Shown here piece after piece: positions 33,394 through 45,057 of a stretch of DNA of 48,565 bases. Source of the stretch: Azolla caroliniana (lineage: Eukaryota > Plantae > Polypodiophyta); NCBI GenBank assembly GCA_043228905.1, contig JBHGNT010000226.1, forward strand, positions 1 through 48,565, written 5' to 3'. Below the pieces are notes generated by a model. The model was not told where the DNA came from and did not search any database. It worked only from the letters and a program-made list of their open reading frames with translations. The translations under genes were made by a program, and so were the position numbers. Every line of letters starts with the position of its first letter. Position 1 is the stretch's first letter.

Positions 33394-34923
33394 TCATTTC
33401 GCATCATCATCATCATCAACATCCCAGCTCAAATCCTCCTCATCTTGATCTTGACCACCAAGCTTTCTTCTTACATCATCTCTGGGAACCTCAGGAACTT
33501 CCCAGCTAGCCTCACTATTCGATGACCTTTTGCTACTAGGCTCTTCACTATCCTCGGGAACTTCCCATCCAAGGTCATCCTCATCATCAGGTGAAACCTT
33601 TGCAGCAAGATTTTGGCTTGATTCGTCCTTAACAACAAATGATTGTTCTTTCATGTTTCCTATTGACTTTGACCTGCCCTCCTCTCGAGATCTCACAATC
33701 AATTCATTGGAGGAAGTCCAATCTTTACCCTTGATCTCGCTTCCTGAAGCTGAATCTTTACCCTCAATAATCCCCTCCTCTAAGGCTGACTCTTTATGCT
33801 CACCCTCTAAGCCAGAATCTTTATTCTCCGTGAGATTCTCACTCTTCAAATGAGAAACTTTACCTTCCCTGTTATTCTTATTATCTATGATTTCTTCCTC
33901 AACCTCCTCCTCTGTATCCCAGCTCAGATCCTCTTCCATATGAGAAGAAGCTCTTTTAACCAGGTTTTCTCGAGCAGCCTCAGTCTGTTTAAGCTTGTGA
34001 AATTTGTAAAAATATCTTGTCCAGAAGGTTTCTTCATCTACTACGACATCGGGGACAAATCTTACTAAAAGATCTTTCAAAAATGCATTACTAGCAAGCA
34101 ATGCCTTGATTTCCTCCTCCTTCTCCAACATTGTGAAAGTAGATTTCCATGATGTGAAATCAGCCACATCTTCTGGTTCATCGCAATAGGTTCTACTATC
34201 ATGTTGCAAAGACATAGCTTGCACCTCGAAACGACTATATTTACCACCAGAAAGAGGGATAGGGGAAATACCATTCTCATACCTGGAACTCGAAGGAGGA
34301 GGAGGAGACAAGAAAGTTGGAGATTCTTCCTCATCGAGCTTAAGAACAGCTTCTTTTCCTTGTGAAATGATATCAGCAGTTCCACGCAAGACTGAACTCG
34401 AGAAATCTTCAATAACTTGACCAAGGCTCGAGATATCTTCTATAACTTGACCAAATCCAACAGACCCTATCGATTCTTTGGCCAAGGTCGTACCTGTTTC
34501 AATTGATGTCGGAAGATCCTTTACAGCAAGAACCGCTACATCTTTGATGATTTTGGTCTCGTTCTGAAGACCAACTCTGAACTCTTCGAGATCTTTCTTA
34601 TATACTTGCAACAATCCTTCCGATTTGAGAGCAATGGATTTCACCAGACCTCCGAAGTTCCAGATCCCTGATTCTGATTCTGATTCTTTCTTGGATTCTG
34701 AGTCCTGTGAGGAAGATTCGATTTCGGGTTCGGTGGAAGGAAGACTCTCTGTGTAGGAAGAAGAAGAAGAAGAACCTTCTCCTTTGGAAGAGGAAGCCAT
34801 GGTGTTTTGGACTTCAGAAACGGATACATCCTTCTGTCCATCGTCTTCTTCGTCTTGCTGCGGCAGGGAGAGAATTTCTGGAATCTTGAAATCGGAGAAA
34901 AACGAGGTATTGAAAAAACTCAT
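33394..34923 (-). CDS. BSD domain-containing protein (plant BSDC1/SYAP1-like), intronless, 509 aa
   Basis: Intact ORF with plant BSD-family motifs WNFGGLVKS, YKKDLEEF, YSRFE, TYCDEPED, FVPDVVVDEETFWTRYFYK and acidic DLSWD repeats. Confidence 0.93.
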   Translation of the reverse strand: MSFFNTSFFSDFKIPEILSLPQQDEEDDGQKDVSVSEVQNTMASSSKGEGSSSSSSYTESLPSTEPEIESSSQDSESKKESESESGIWNFGGLVKSIALKSEGLLQVYKKDLEEFRVGLQNETKIIKDVAVLAVKDLPTSIETGTTLAKESIGSVGFGQVIEDISSLGQVIEDFSSSVLRGTADIISQGKEAVLKLDEEESPTFLSPPPPSSSRYENGISPIPLSGGKYSRFEVQAMSLQHDSRTYCDEPEDVADFTSWKSTFTMLEKEEEIKALLASNAFLKDLLVRFVPDVVVDEETFWTRYFYKFHKLKQTEAARENLVKRASSHMEEDLSWDTEEEVEEEIIDNKNNREGKVSHLKSENLTENKDSGLEGEHKESALEEGIIEGKDSASGSEIKGKDWTSSNELIVRSREEGRSKSIGNMKEQSFVVKDESSQNLAAKVSPDDEDDLGWEVPEDSEEPSSKRSSNSEASWEVPEVPRDDVRRKLGGQDQDEEDLSWDVDDDDDAK

Positions 34924-36490
34924 GGCGACAGGGAACCCTAACTTCTCCTGCGTCGTCGTCGTCTGTTTCTGCAGAGATGGGGGGGGGGGGGGGAATTGTG
35001 GAAAGGCCTTCCTTCTTGCTTGTTTCCTTTCATTTCTAATTAATAGCTTTTTTATCCACTCATTAGATACTAATTACAACTTAATTTTGCTTAATACGTT
35101 TAGCTTAACACTAATCACCCAGCCCAATAGAGTCGGTTCACACGTACTCACCATGATCACAGACAACACAAAGAGCCTGTAATCAATCAAATATGTGTAC
35201 CCAAGCTCATTCATCTCACAAATGCAACTATACTAAAGTCGGGAAGGCAGATATTACGGGTTCGTCAAACCAAGAGTGAGTCAACCTACTAGTGGGGGCT
35301 TACCCACACCATGTACTTACGAGGAAATGGTCCCCGAAACATGGACACATTTCATGCAAGTGAATGGATTTGACGAATATATGCATTGGAGTAATTGGGT
35401 ACCTCTTTGTATAATTCTAAAACCGTGAAACAACATTTTGGGCAATTTCCATGTTGAAATCATATTTTACCCATGTTAGAGTGTTTGTGTACACATGCTT
35501 CCATCAAGTGACCCTATTTGACAATGGCTTTACCTATTTCTCATCTTAATTTGAGGAGGCTTGATGCATCCTTCTTGTTGTAAATTTATGAACAAGTAAG
35601 GTATCGACCCACCCAATTGACTTTTGAAACTCTAGAGAGAAGTAATGAAGTTTTGAGAATAATCTCAACCACAAACTCTTCTAGAGAATATTACATGATT
35701 TCGTTTTCTCCAACATGACTAGGAGGTCAATCTTAGATTGTATGAGAGTACTTAATGTTCCTCTCAACCTAAAAATGATTCCCTATGTTGTATGCATTAA
35801 TCATTTTCATGAATAGCCAAAGAAGGTGTAAATAATTTTTTAAATGAGTTGGAATCATTAGAACCATTTTGGAAATATCACTAATTGTATAGCTTTACTT
35901 CATACTATTGTGAAATGTTGGAGTCTTTATTGGACAAAGTGATCATTTAGTTACTTCCTTTTGGTCACCGTTTATCGTGATTGAAGATACCTAGAGTTGT
36001 GACATAACCACCCAAATGGCTTTAGGAATTAGGGTGAAGAGATCTATGTATCCTTCCCACATATTATACAAAAAAAACATGTATCATATTAAACGTATGG
36101 TGATTCATGATTTCATCCCAAAGAAACACTTCACATTTGATGGAAGCATCTTGTATCTGATACGTGACATCTATTTTATGCATTATGTCTTGTGTCATGC
36201 AATCAATAAAGGGTTATACAATCAACTTGTGATAGATAACTTCCATACACTCATTTGAGTCTTAACGTTTATCCACTAAGAAAAATCACCTTTCCCCGAC
36301 TCATTTATTACTAACTCTAAAAGTGGGCCACAAGAAGGGGTAAAGTAGATAATGATCACACAATAGGATCTCATATAAGAGGTATATGAACCCTAATCTA
36401 CACAAATTTGAATTCCAAGATGCCATGATTTGCTTGTGTGAAGTAAAATAGCAATTTACACATTTACAAAGGCAAAATTTACCATTATTC

Positions 36491-36847
36491 GTTATAGCAC
36501 TTGTTCTAGCATAGAAAAATACCAAGAATTGTATGTGATATCCAAGTCAAACATTTAGAGTGTGAGGTATTATTATGATTAGGGAAACCTAGTTCCACCA
36601 AACATTGGCATAAAACTTATTGTTCCAACATAGAAAATTATCTATAATTCTATGTGATCTCCAAGTCAAACGTTTAAATGTGTGAGCTATTAGCATGATT
36701 TGGGAAACTTAGTTCCCAACAAACATCATTATAGCACTTTGAGTTCCAACATAGAAAAATAATCTAGAATTGTATGTGATCTCCAAGTCAAATGTTTAGA
36801 GTGAGGTGTTAGCATGATTAGGGAAACCTAGTTCTCAATGAACATCA
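36491..36847. repeat. 3 x ~120-bp diverged tandem repeat
   Basis: CCAAGTCAAA anchor recurs at about 36542, 36661 and 36783, with a GGGAAACYTAGTTC core in each unit. Confidence 0.88.
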
Positions 36848-37461
36848 TCTTGGATAAACATGAACTTTCATATATTAATATGCAAACTGATACAAATGCA
36901 AATACCTTCAATACTTCCACGGCTTTGGAATTGAAAGTTGGGTAGATATTTAAGGAACATGAGTAAAACATTTTCCAATGTATAAGCTCCTAAATATTTT
37001 CCTAACCAAGAAGGGACTCCAATCCACACATTAAACCTTATGCATTGATGTATGATTACTTTGGCAAAAGTCTTATACAACCCACAAATTCAGAAAGGAC
37101 ATAAGCTTCCCATCTTACTAAAGCTCCACAAGTCTTGAAAAATGATTGTAAGAGAACCTTTGGGTTTCACATTAAATGTCATGACCTTGTAATCAAAAGA
37201 GTTTGAAATTTCATATGTAATTCCATCCTACCTAGGATTTATAATCAAAAAGTTGTGAATACATGCCCCACCTTGTTTTCTTTATATCTTTTTCCAAGGT
37301 TGCAATCACTACTTGGAGCTCAACCTTCTACTTGATTTATGGAAATATATTGACCATGTCTATTCCATCTCAATGTGTAGTCCCAATGTATTCTCATTGA
37401 GGACACATCTTTATACTAGCAAAGTTGTATATGTCGCTATCGTAGGCTGAGTGGTCCAAAC

Positions 37462-37756
37462 TATGACGGGTGTGACCATAAATTATCCTGTGGTAGTTTG
37501 TACCGTAGTATTCTACACACAAAGATAAAGTGAGGGTTAACCGAATGTGTAAAGAAGGGAGGATTACTTTTAATCCTAGGAATTGAGACAACCCATAAGG
37601 GCCAATTGTGAACTTGCTTGGGGCCCTTAGGTCTGGCTATAAATATGAGGCCTACATACCCTCATTCGACACATCATTCGACTAAGTTGAGACTGTAATT
37701 TTGTGTTGAATAGACTCTTGTAGCAAGTGCGCTAGTGCCAGGTATGACTCGATGCA
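37462..37756 (+). repeat. Partial diverged LTR of the same family as 45058-45507 (opposite orientation)
   Basis: Aligns to the reverse complement of ~45210-45507 (GGATTACTTTTAATCCT, GGCTATAAATATGAGGCCTA, CCAGGTAYGACTCGA). Confidence 0.8.
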
Positions 37757-39725
37757 TGTACACAACATGACTTGGAGACATCTAATGACAATTGTGTCTT
37801 TGATGTTACGAGGTCAAACCTATCTCGACATATTCGACGTGGAACCCTCCGAAAATGCATAGGGCTTGACGATTGGATATTTTTTACACATACATTTGTA
37901 ACCGCATTTAATTCAAGAATGTCGATCTGTGCACTACCTGATGTGGTTGCTTGATTGACGTTCCCTTCATTGGTTGACTCCACATTGTAGTTGTACTCAT
38001 CAATGGAATATACCTAACTTAGCTCAACAGTTTGTGGAGATTGAGGAGATGGTTGACCTACGCAATATTCCTCAATAGAAAAGGCCGATCCTTGCGACAT
38101 TGAATATCATTCACAAAAAATGGTGAGTTTTGACGCATGACTCTTAGCATAGATGATCCTCTCTAAATGACACTGTAGTGTTCAAATGTGTATATAAATA
38201 TATAAATAAAAATATAATTACTTAAATATATAAACTATATATTTAACTATACATAAGTTAAACTAATATGGTTACTTTAAAGTAACTAAAAATAACTAAT
38301 ACTAAGTTTAAACTAACTACACGTAAATCATTCCTAGTAAATAATGACCTTAAATTAACTTTAAAGAAGTTAAACTTAGTATTGTTGTGTAGTGGAGCAA
38401 GAATAGGGCTAGTTAGTTATGTGAAGCACCAAGAACTTAAAGTTGTAACTAACACGATTTTAAATAGAAACCAAGGATGACCAAGAGGGGAACTTTTGAG
38501 CCTATTCTATGTATGTTACATTGGTGGAGATGACGGGCTCTTGCCACATCGATTGAGCAGGTTGTAGAGCACTCCAACAGACTTCTTGATAGAGCACAAC
38601 GAGCCGACAACAGACTCTCCTCATTAGTAGCCGATAATCATCGTTAGGTCACCAACCACAACACAAAGATCTTATACATCATGCAACAACTGGCAGGGGA
38701 CAACACTATTAGCATGCAACCTGAATTCATAGAACACACACAGATTATCCTCGCCATGGAGAAGATGTTTCATGCGATGTCGACAATGATGATGCAAGTA
38801 AATAATACGAACCAAACAATTATGACATGGCTTACAAATCAGTCCACAAGCGCAACGACCAACAAACAGAAAGATTCAAGAATCTGTCCAAGATCCTTCT
38901 CGGGCCTTCATACAGAAGATGTTCTAGCCTGGTTGGATCATTTCGGCAACGTGGCGAGTTACCATGAATGGCACGACGAAAGAAAGGCGTTAGAATTGCG
39001 AACGGTGCTAGAGCATGTTGCCACCACTTGGTTCATTCAACAGTCCGAGGAAATCAAATAGAATTGGACCTACTTACGCGAGCAAGTTATACAACGATGT
39101 CACACAAACAACCCTCCAACAATTAAACAACCTATGTCAACAGGCACATGAATTAGTGGCACAATTCACTGTCAAAATGAATAGTTGTTATTACGTGTCG
39201 ACCCCAATATGAAGGAGACCATGAAGCTCTATTTTCTGCTTCCATGATTACGCCACGACATATGCCGTCGTGTTAGAGGCCAAGGCCCAACTACATTCCA
39301 GATGGTTGTGCAAATGGCACAATGAATTGAGGCACCAGATTACATCGACCTACCAAAGTGGACACCACTTGCAAATAATAGTTGAGCTGACTGTTGGCCC
39401 AATGGATATAGACATCCAAAATGCACAATTTAGCACTATAAAGAGCTTACCAAATAGAGATTGTCATGATAAGCCCTGTTGTTTCTATTGTAATGGGTAC
39501 GACCATGTAAAAAAATATTGCAGGAAGTTTGTAGCCTCTAGACATTATCAAAATGCACAAATCCAATTGGCCAACGCTGCATCACTCACAATGGAACAGG
39601 GAAATAGCCAAGCGAGACGTTGACGAAAGAGTAGCTCCCGCACATTCAAGCCACAACCTCTTCTGAACACATGGTATGTTCCATAATAGCACAAATAAAT
39701 CACACATCACATGAAACACTTTTAG

Positions 39726-40013
39726 CATCATGATATGGCAAGACTCGAACTTGTGACCTTATGTTACACAAGTCGAGCTCTTGACCATTAGACTATAATA
39801 CAAAGGATATTATTTTCATTTAAGTTTTACTATTGAAAATTGATGTATATTCCAGATTTCTTTGGAACATTCTAGAAACTTTAGGAGTATTCCTGAGAAC
39901 ACTATAAAAGGAGGCACAAGGCATTATTTCGAACCAAATCGGTTCAACGCCAGTCTTAAGCCTCCTAGCTACTATTGTATATTCCCTTAACATAATATAT
40001 ATCTTTTGTTATC

Positions 40014-40050
<37 letters not shown>

Positions 40051-43000
40051 GGTCTTTCCTTCTCTCAAGAGTTCTACACCTCCCTTAGTACTAATCCTCA
40101 TCTTTTAGTACTAATTCCTTCTCTGTTTTAGTACTATTCCTAACAGTACTTCTCTGTCTTAGTACTGCTCCTTACATTTAGATTCAGGAAGCACCATATC
40201 TTCAATTAGTGTAGATTTAGTTAAGTCACTAAATTTACCCACTTCACCTGCAGCGCCAATCTAGGTAATCTTTCGCGATAAGCAAAAAATATACTGTGGA
40301 TTGAATAAAGTCGCCATCAGGAATAGGTATGCACTTCCCCTTATCTCAAGTCTTTTAGAACGGATCAATGGTGCAAGGTTCTTCACAAAGATCGACTTAC
40401 GAGGAGCGTATAACCTCGTATGGATCCGACCAAGAGATGAATGGAAGATTGCGTTTCGCACCAGATATGGGCACTTCGAGTATACGGTCATGCCATTCGG
40501 CCTCACTAATGTGCCAACAGTCTTCCAGCACATGGCAAATGATATATTCCGAGATCTCTTGGATGATTTTTTGATCATCTATTTGGATGATCTATTGGTT
40601 TATTCGAAGACCCAAGAAGAGCATGATTCTCATGTACTGTTAGTACTAAAATGACTTCGAGAACATAGTCTTTATGCAAAACTGGAAAAATGTAGTTTCG
40701 GGTGCAACCATGTAGAATTTTTGGGCTATTTCATTTCCTCGGAAGGCATCTCCATGGATCCAGCTAAGGGCAAAACGGTGGTAGAGTGGCAGACTCCGTG
40801 TTCGTTGTGAGATGTGCAATGCTTTTTAGGCTTTGCCAAATTTTACCGCAAGTTCATACAGGATTACTCAAAGCTTGTTCAGCCTCTCACACAACTTACT
40901 AGGAAGGGAAAATCGTTCGGTTGGTCTGAAGAAGTGGACATTACTTTTGAGAGTCTTAAGAAGACATTTACATCAGCTCCTATTTTAGCTCATGTTGATC
41001 TAGAAAAAACATTCATCATTGAAGCCGACGCGTCCAATTTTGCCTTGGGTAGCATTATGTCTCAACAAGGCGATGATGAAAAGCTACATCCTATGGCTTT
41101 CCATTCACGCAAGTTTGATGCCGCGGAAATGAACTATGAAATTCATGATAAGGAGGTATTAGCAATAGTGGACTCTTTTACACAATGGAGGCATTTTCTA
41201 GAGGGGTCTTCTCATCAAGTCATCGTATTCAATGATCACAAAAACCTTGCCTACTTTCAGAATGCTCGTGTGTTAAATTGACGTCAAGCTCGGTGGGACC
41301 AATTCCTCACTCGTTTCAACTTCAAAATTACATATTGTCCGGGGAAGCAACAAGGGAAGGTAGATGCATTATCACGACGTTCGTATCTAGCACCGTGTCT
41401 CGGAGAGCCGGCTTTCGATAACCAAAAGCAAGTAATCTTGGGACCGGCACGACTGCAAGCAACACAGGTCTTTGGTATGCCCTTGAATTCCCACGTTATC
41501 GATACCATATGTGAGGACTTGAAGACAAATGTTTTCGCTCAAGCCATTCTAGCACAAATTGATCCCTCTCGAGCATCTTGTTCACAATCACAACAACCAA
41601 GTACGGACTATCGACAATTCAAATGTCATGATGGATTACTATTCTTTAAGAAACTCTTGTATGTTCCTAATGGTGCTTGTCACCTTCAAGTAGTCCAAAA
41701 CTGTCATGACACATATACAGTTGGGCATTTTGGTAGTGCTAAAACACTAGATTTAGTACAACGATCATTCTGGTGGCCCCATATGCGACAATTTGTCGAA
41801 GATTTTGTTCGGACTTGTGATACATGTTGCAGAGCAAAAATGCCAAGGCATCATCCATATGGTTTATTAGAACCATTACCAATTCCAAGCAAGCCATGAC
41901 AATCCATTTCCCTAGATTTAATCATAGATCTTCCGGTCTCTAAGGTATTCGATGCGATCTTAACAGTAGTAGATCAATATATGAAGATGGCCCATTTCCT
42001 GCCATGTACTAAGGAAATCTCTAGTGAAGAAACCGCCGAAATTGTCACGCGTGAAGTATGTCAGCATCATGGCCTTCCTAATAGTATCATCAGCGACCGT
42101 GGACCCCAGTTCGTCTCGAAGTTCTGGAAGCACCTCTTTAAAATGCTTAAGGTCACTTGTAACCTCTCCTCAGCTACCACCCGCAAACAGACGGCCAAGT
42201 AGAATGAACAAATCAAATGCTGGAGTAGTATCTTCGGGGCTTTTTAAGCTATCATCAAGATGACCGGGCGGATATTCTCCACTTCGCCGAATTTGCGTAT
42301 AATAACTCTGTCCACTCATCGACAAAGGTGACACCATTTTATGCTTACACACGGGCTGTCACCTTTGGTGGTGTGTATTTGAAACCCCAGAGTTACCTAC
42401 AAATCCTTGTGTAGAGGATCGTTTGGAGCGGCTATGTAAGATACAAGTAGATTTATCTACTCATCTACAACAAGCTCAACAAACACACAAGGTTTACGCG
42501 GATCGTCATCGGCTTCCATCCAGTTTTGACATTGGAGATCGGGTGTGGCTACTACGAAGACATATCAAGACTACTCGCCCATGCGAGAAGTTGGATTACC
42601 GGAGATTAGATCCTTTTTGACGGAAACTCAACGCTCCTTATGCACAACGCTCGGCCACAACCGAGCTTAGAATCATACACAGAAAACAGGAAACGAAAAG
42701 CACGACACAAAGGAGAGAAAAGGTGCACAGAATGTTTACGTGGAAAACCCAAACTAAGGGAAAAACCACAACAGCCCACAGGCTGCAAACTATCACTATG
42801 TTAGAATGTACAAAACAGTGAGTTCACGGAGGCAATGACCTCATGCTCACGATCTTCGCCACAGGCGGTGGTTACAACAGAGGCTACGACCTCTTCCTCT
42901 CTCTCTCTCTCTCTCTCTGTACACTGTTACGTGCTCTCTCTTCTTCTTCCACCAACAAGAAATGACAACCACACTTACTATAAGTTTGCCCTAAGTCATA

Positions 43001-43650
43001 TTTATACTAATATGACTTTTCGGCTATTTACAAATATATCCTCGATGGACTCTCAGAAACATATTTACGAATATGTCTCTTCATCCGGTTCTCACCGGGT
43101 CTGCACCATCCGGCTCTCCGTAGCCGGGTACTCCTCATCCAGTTCTCACCGGGCCTCGATTCCAAGATTGTTTGCAACAAGGTCTACTATTTAGTCAATT
43201 GGCTAGGATATAGTCCTAGCAAGCGTACTTGGGAACCAATAGAGAATGTCAGCAAAACTTGTGCTCTTCTTGAAAACTTCCATCGTCAATATCTAGACAA
43301 ACCGGGTCCTCAATCCAAAACGACTCGTGACACTCGTCGTTTTAAAAGGGGGTAATGTCATGATATGGCAAGACTTGAACCCATGACCTTATGTTACATG
43401 AGTTGAGCTCTTGACCATTAAACTATATGTTATAATACAAAAAATATTATTTTCATTTAAGTTTTACTATAGAAAATTGATGTATATTCCAGATTTCTCT
43501 GGAACATTCTAGAAACTTCAGGAGTATTCCTGAGAACACTATAAAGGGAAGCACAAGGCATTATTTCGAACCAAATCGGTTCAATGCCAGTCTTAAGCCT
43601 CCTAGCTACTATTGTATATTCCCTTAACATAATATATATCTTTTGTTATC

Positions 43651-43696
<46 letters not shown>

Positions 43697-43813
43697 TTCT
43701 CTCGAGAGTTCTACACCTCCCTTAGTACTAATCCTCATCTTTTAGTACTAATTTCTTCTCTATTTTAATATTGTTCCTGACAGTACTTCTCTGTCTTAGT
43801 ACTGCTTCTGACA
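39726..43813 (+). mobile_element. Rearranged Tcn1-like chromovirus (Gypsy-4): LTR 39726-40176, RT-RH-INT-chromodomain remnant, PPT, LTR 43356-43813
   Basis: TSD TTTAG (39721-39725, 43814-43818); [26 protein letters not shown]; RH EADASNFA; chromodomain LDSKIV..YYLVNWLGY..TWEP at ~43155-43290; PPT AAAAGGGGG; TGTCA..TGACA termini. Confidence 0.9.
42618..43156 (-). repeat. Truncated solo LTR of the Copia A family inside the Gypsy-4 integrase
   Basis: Reverse-complement match to Copia A U5/R/TATA region; U3 end and adjacent host sequence deleted. Confidence 0.9.
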
Positions 43814-44213
43814 TTTAGATTCAGGAAGCACCATATCTTCAATTAGTGTAGATTTAGTTAAGTCATTGAATTTACCCACTTCACCCGCAACGCTGATCCA
43901 GGTCATCTTTGGCGATAAGAAAAAAGTATACCAATCCGCTTCACACGCACATTGTACATTTACCCTTGCACAACACACCTTTCTTCATTCCTTCTACGTG
44001 TTACTGCACCAACTATTTCCAATGACATTAGGTTGTGATTGATTTATAAAGAATGGCGCACAACTACACTTTGATACACAAATGTTAGTTTTACCTAATA
44101 CAAAGCCATTACCCACAATTCCATTACTTAACACTCCACAATTTAGCACACACATCTTGCACACACAAATTCACCTAGAAACACCACAGATACGACTAGT
44201 TGCCATCTATAGT

Positions 44214-44486
44214 TGACAGGAACTACACGCTCCGATGAACACCGCTCGGCCACAACCCAGCTTAGAATCAAACAAAGAAAACGGGGAATGAAAAACACGA
44301 CGCAAAGGAGAGAAGAGTACACAGGATGTTTAACGTGGAAAGCCCTGGGAGGGAAAAACCACGGAAGTCCACAGATTCCAAACTATCACTATATCACAAT
44401 GATTACAACAGTGAGCTCACGGAGGCAACGACCTCGCGCTCTCGATCTTCGCCACAGGCGGCGGTTACAACAGAGGCAACGACCTC

Positions 44487-44526
<40 letters not shown>

Positions 44527-44990
44527 CACTGTTACGCGCTCTCTAGTCTTGCGCCAACAAGAATGACAACGACACTTTACTAAGTTTGCCCTAAGTCATA
44601 TTTATACTAATATGACTTTTCGGCTATTTACAAATATAGCCCCGATGGACTCTCAGAAAACATATTTACCAATATGTCCCTTCATCCGGTGAGCACTTCT
44701 CACCGGGCCTTCACCATCCAGTTCTTGCCGGTTACTCCACATCCAGTTCTCACCGGGTCTTCCGTTGCCGGGTACTCCACATCCGGTTCTCACCGGGTCT
44801 TCCGTTGCCGGGTACTCTTCATCCGGTTCTCACCGGGTCTTCACCATCCGGCTCTTGCCGGGTACTACTCATCCGTTTCTCACCGGGTCTTCCGTTGCCG
44901 GGTACTCCACATCCGGTTTCGGCCTCGGCTGAGTTTGCTCATTAGTACTGTTCTTCTCACTTCCCATCAAGAGGGACCTGTTTCCTAATA
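44214..44990 (-). repeat. Solo LTR of a Copia A subfamily with expanded 40/54-bp U3 repeats
   Basis: Full-length reverse-complement homology to the Copia A LTR; imperfect TSD ATAGT/GTAGT. Confidence 0.9.
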
Positions 44991-45057
44991 GTAGTATCCT
45001 TCGGTAGTTCCCCGACCTATTTCACAAGCCTACAAAGACAACCAAGATCAATCTTCC

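Larger units (their letters stand above)
38174..45057 (+). mobile_element. Degenerate Gypsy-3 (5' LTR ~38174-38520, tRNA-Ala-like PBS 38522-38532, gag, protease), interrupted three times
   Basis: PBS TGGTGGAGATG after ..TTACA; gag PRSFSG..WLDHF, PMDID, CFYCNGYDHVKKYC; protease TLLDSGST split at a TTTAG TSD; continues at 43814-44213 and 44991-45057. Confidence 0.8.

Noticed and set aside
35300-36480. Possible highly degraded retroelement fragments upstream of the BSD gene
   Set aside because: Too degenerate to assign by eye.
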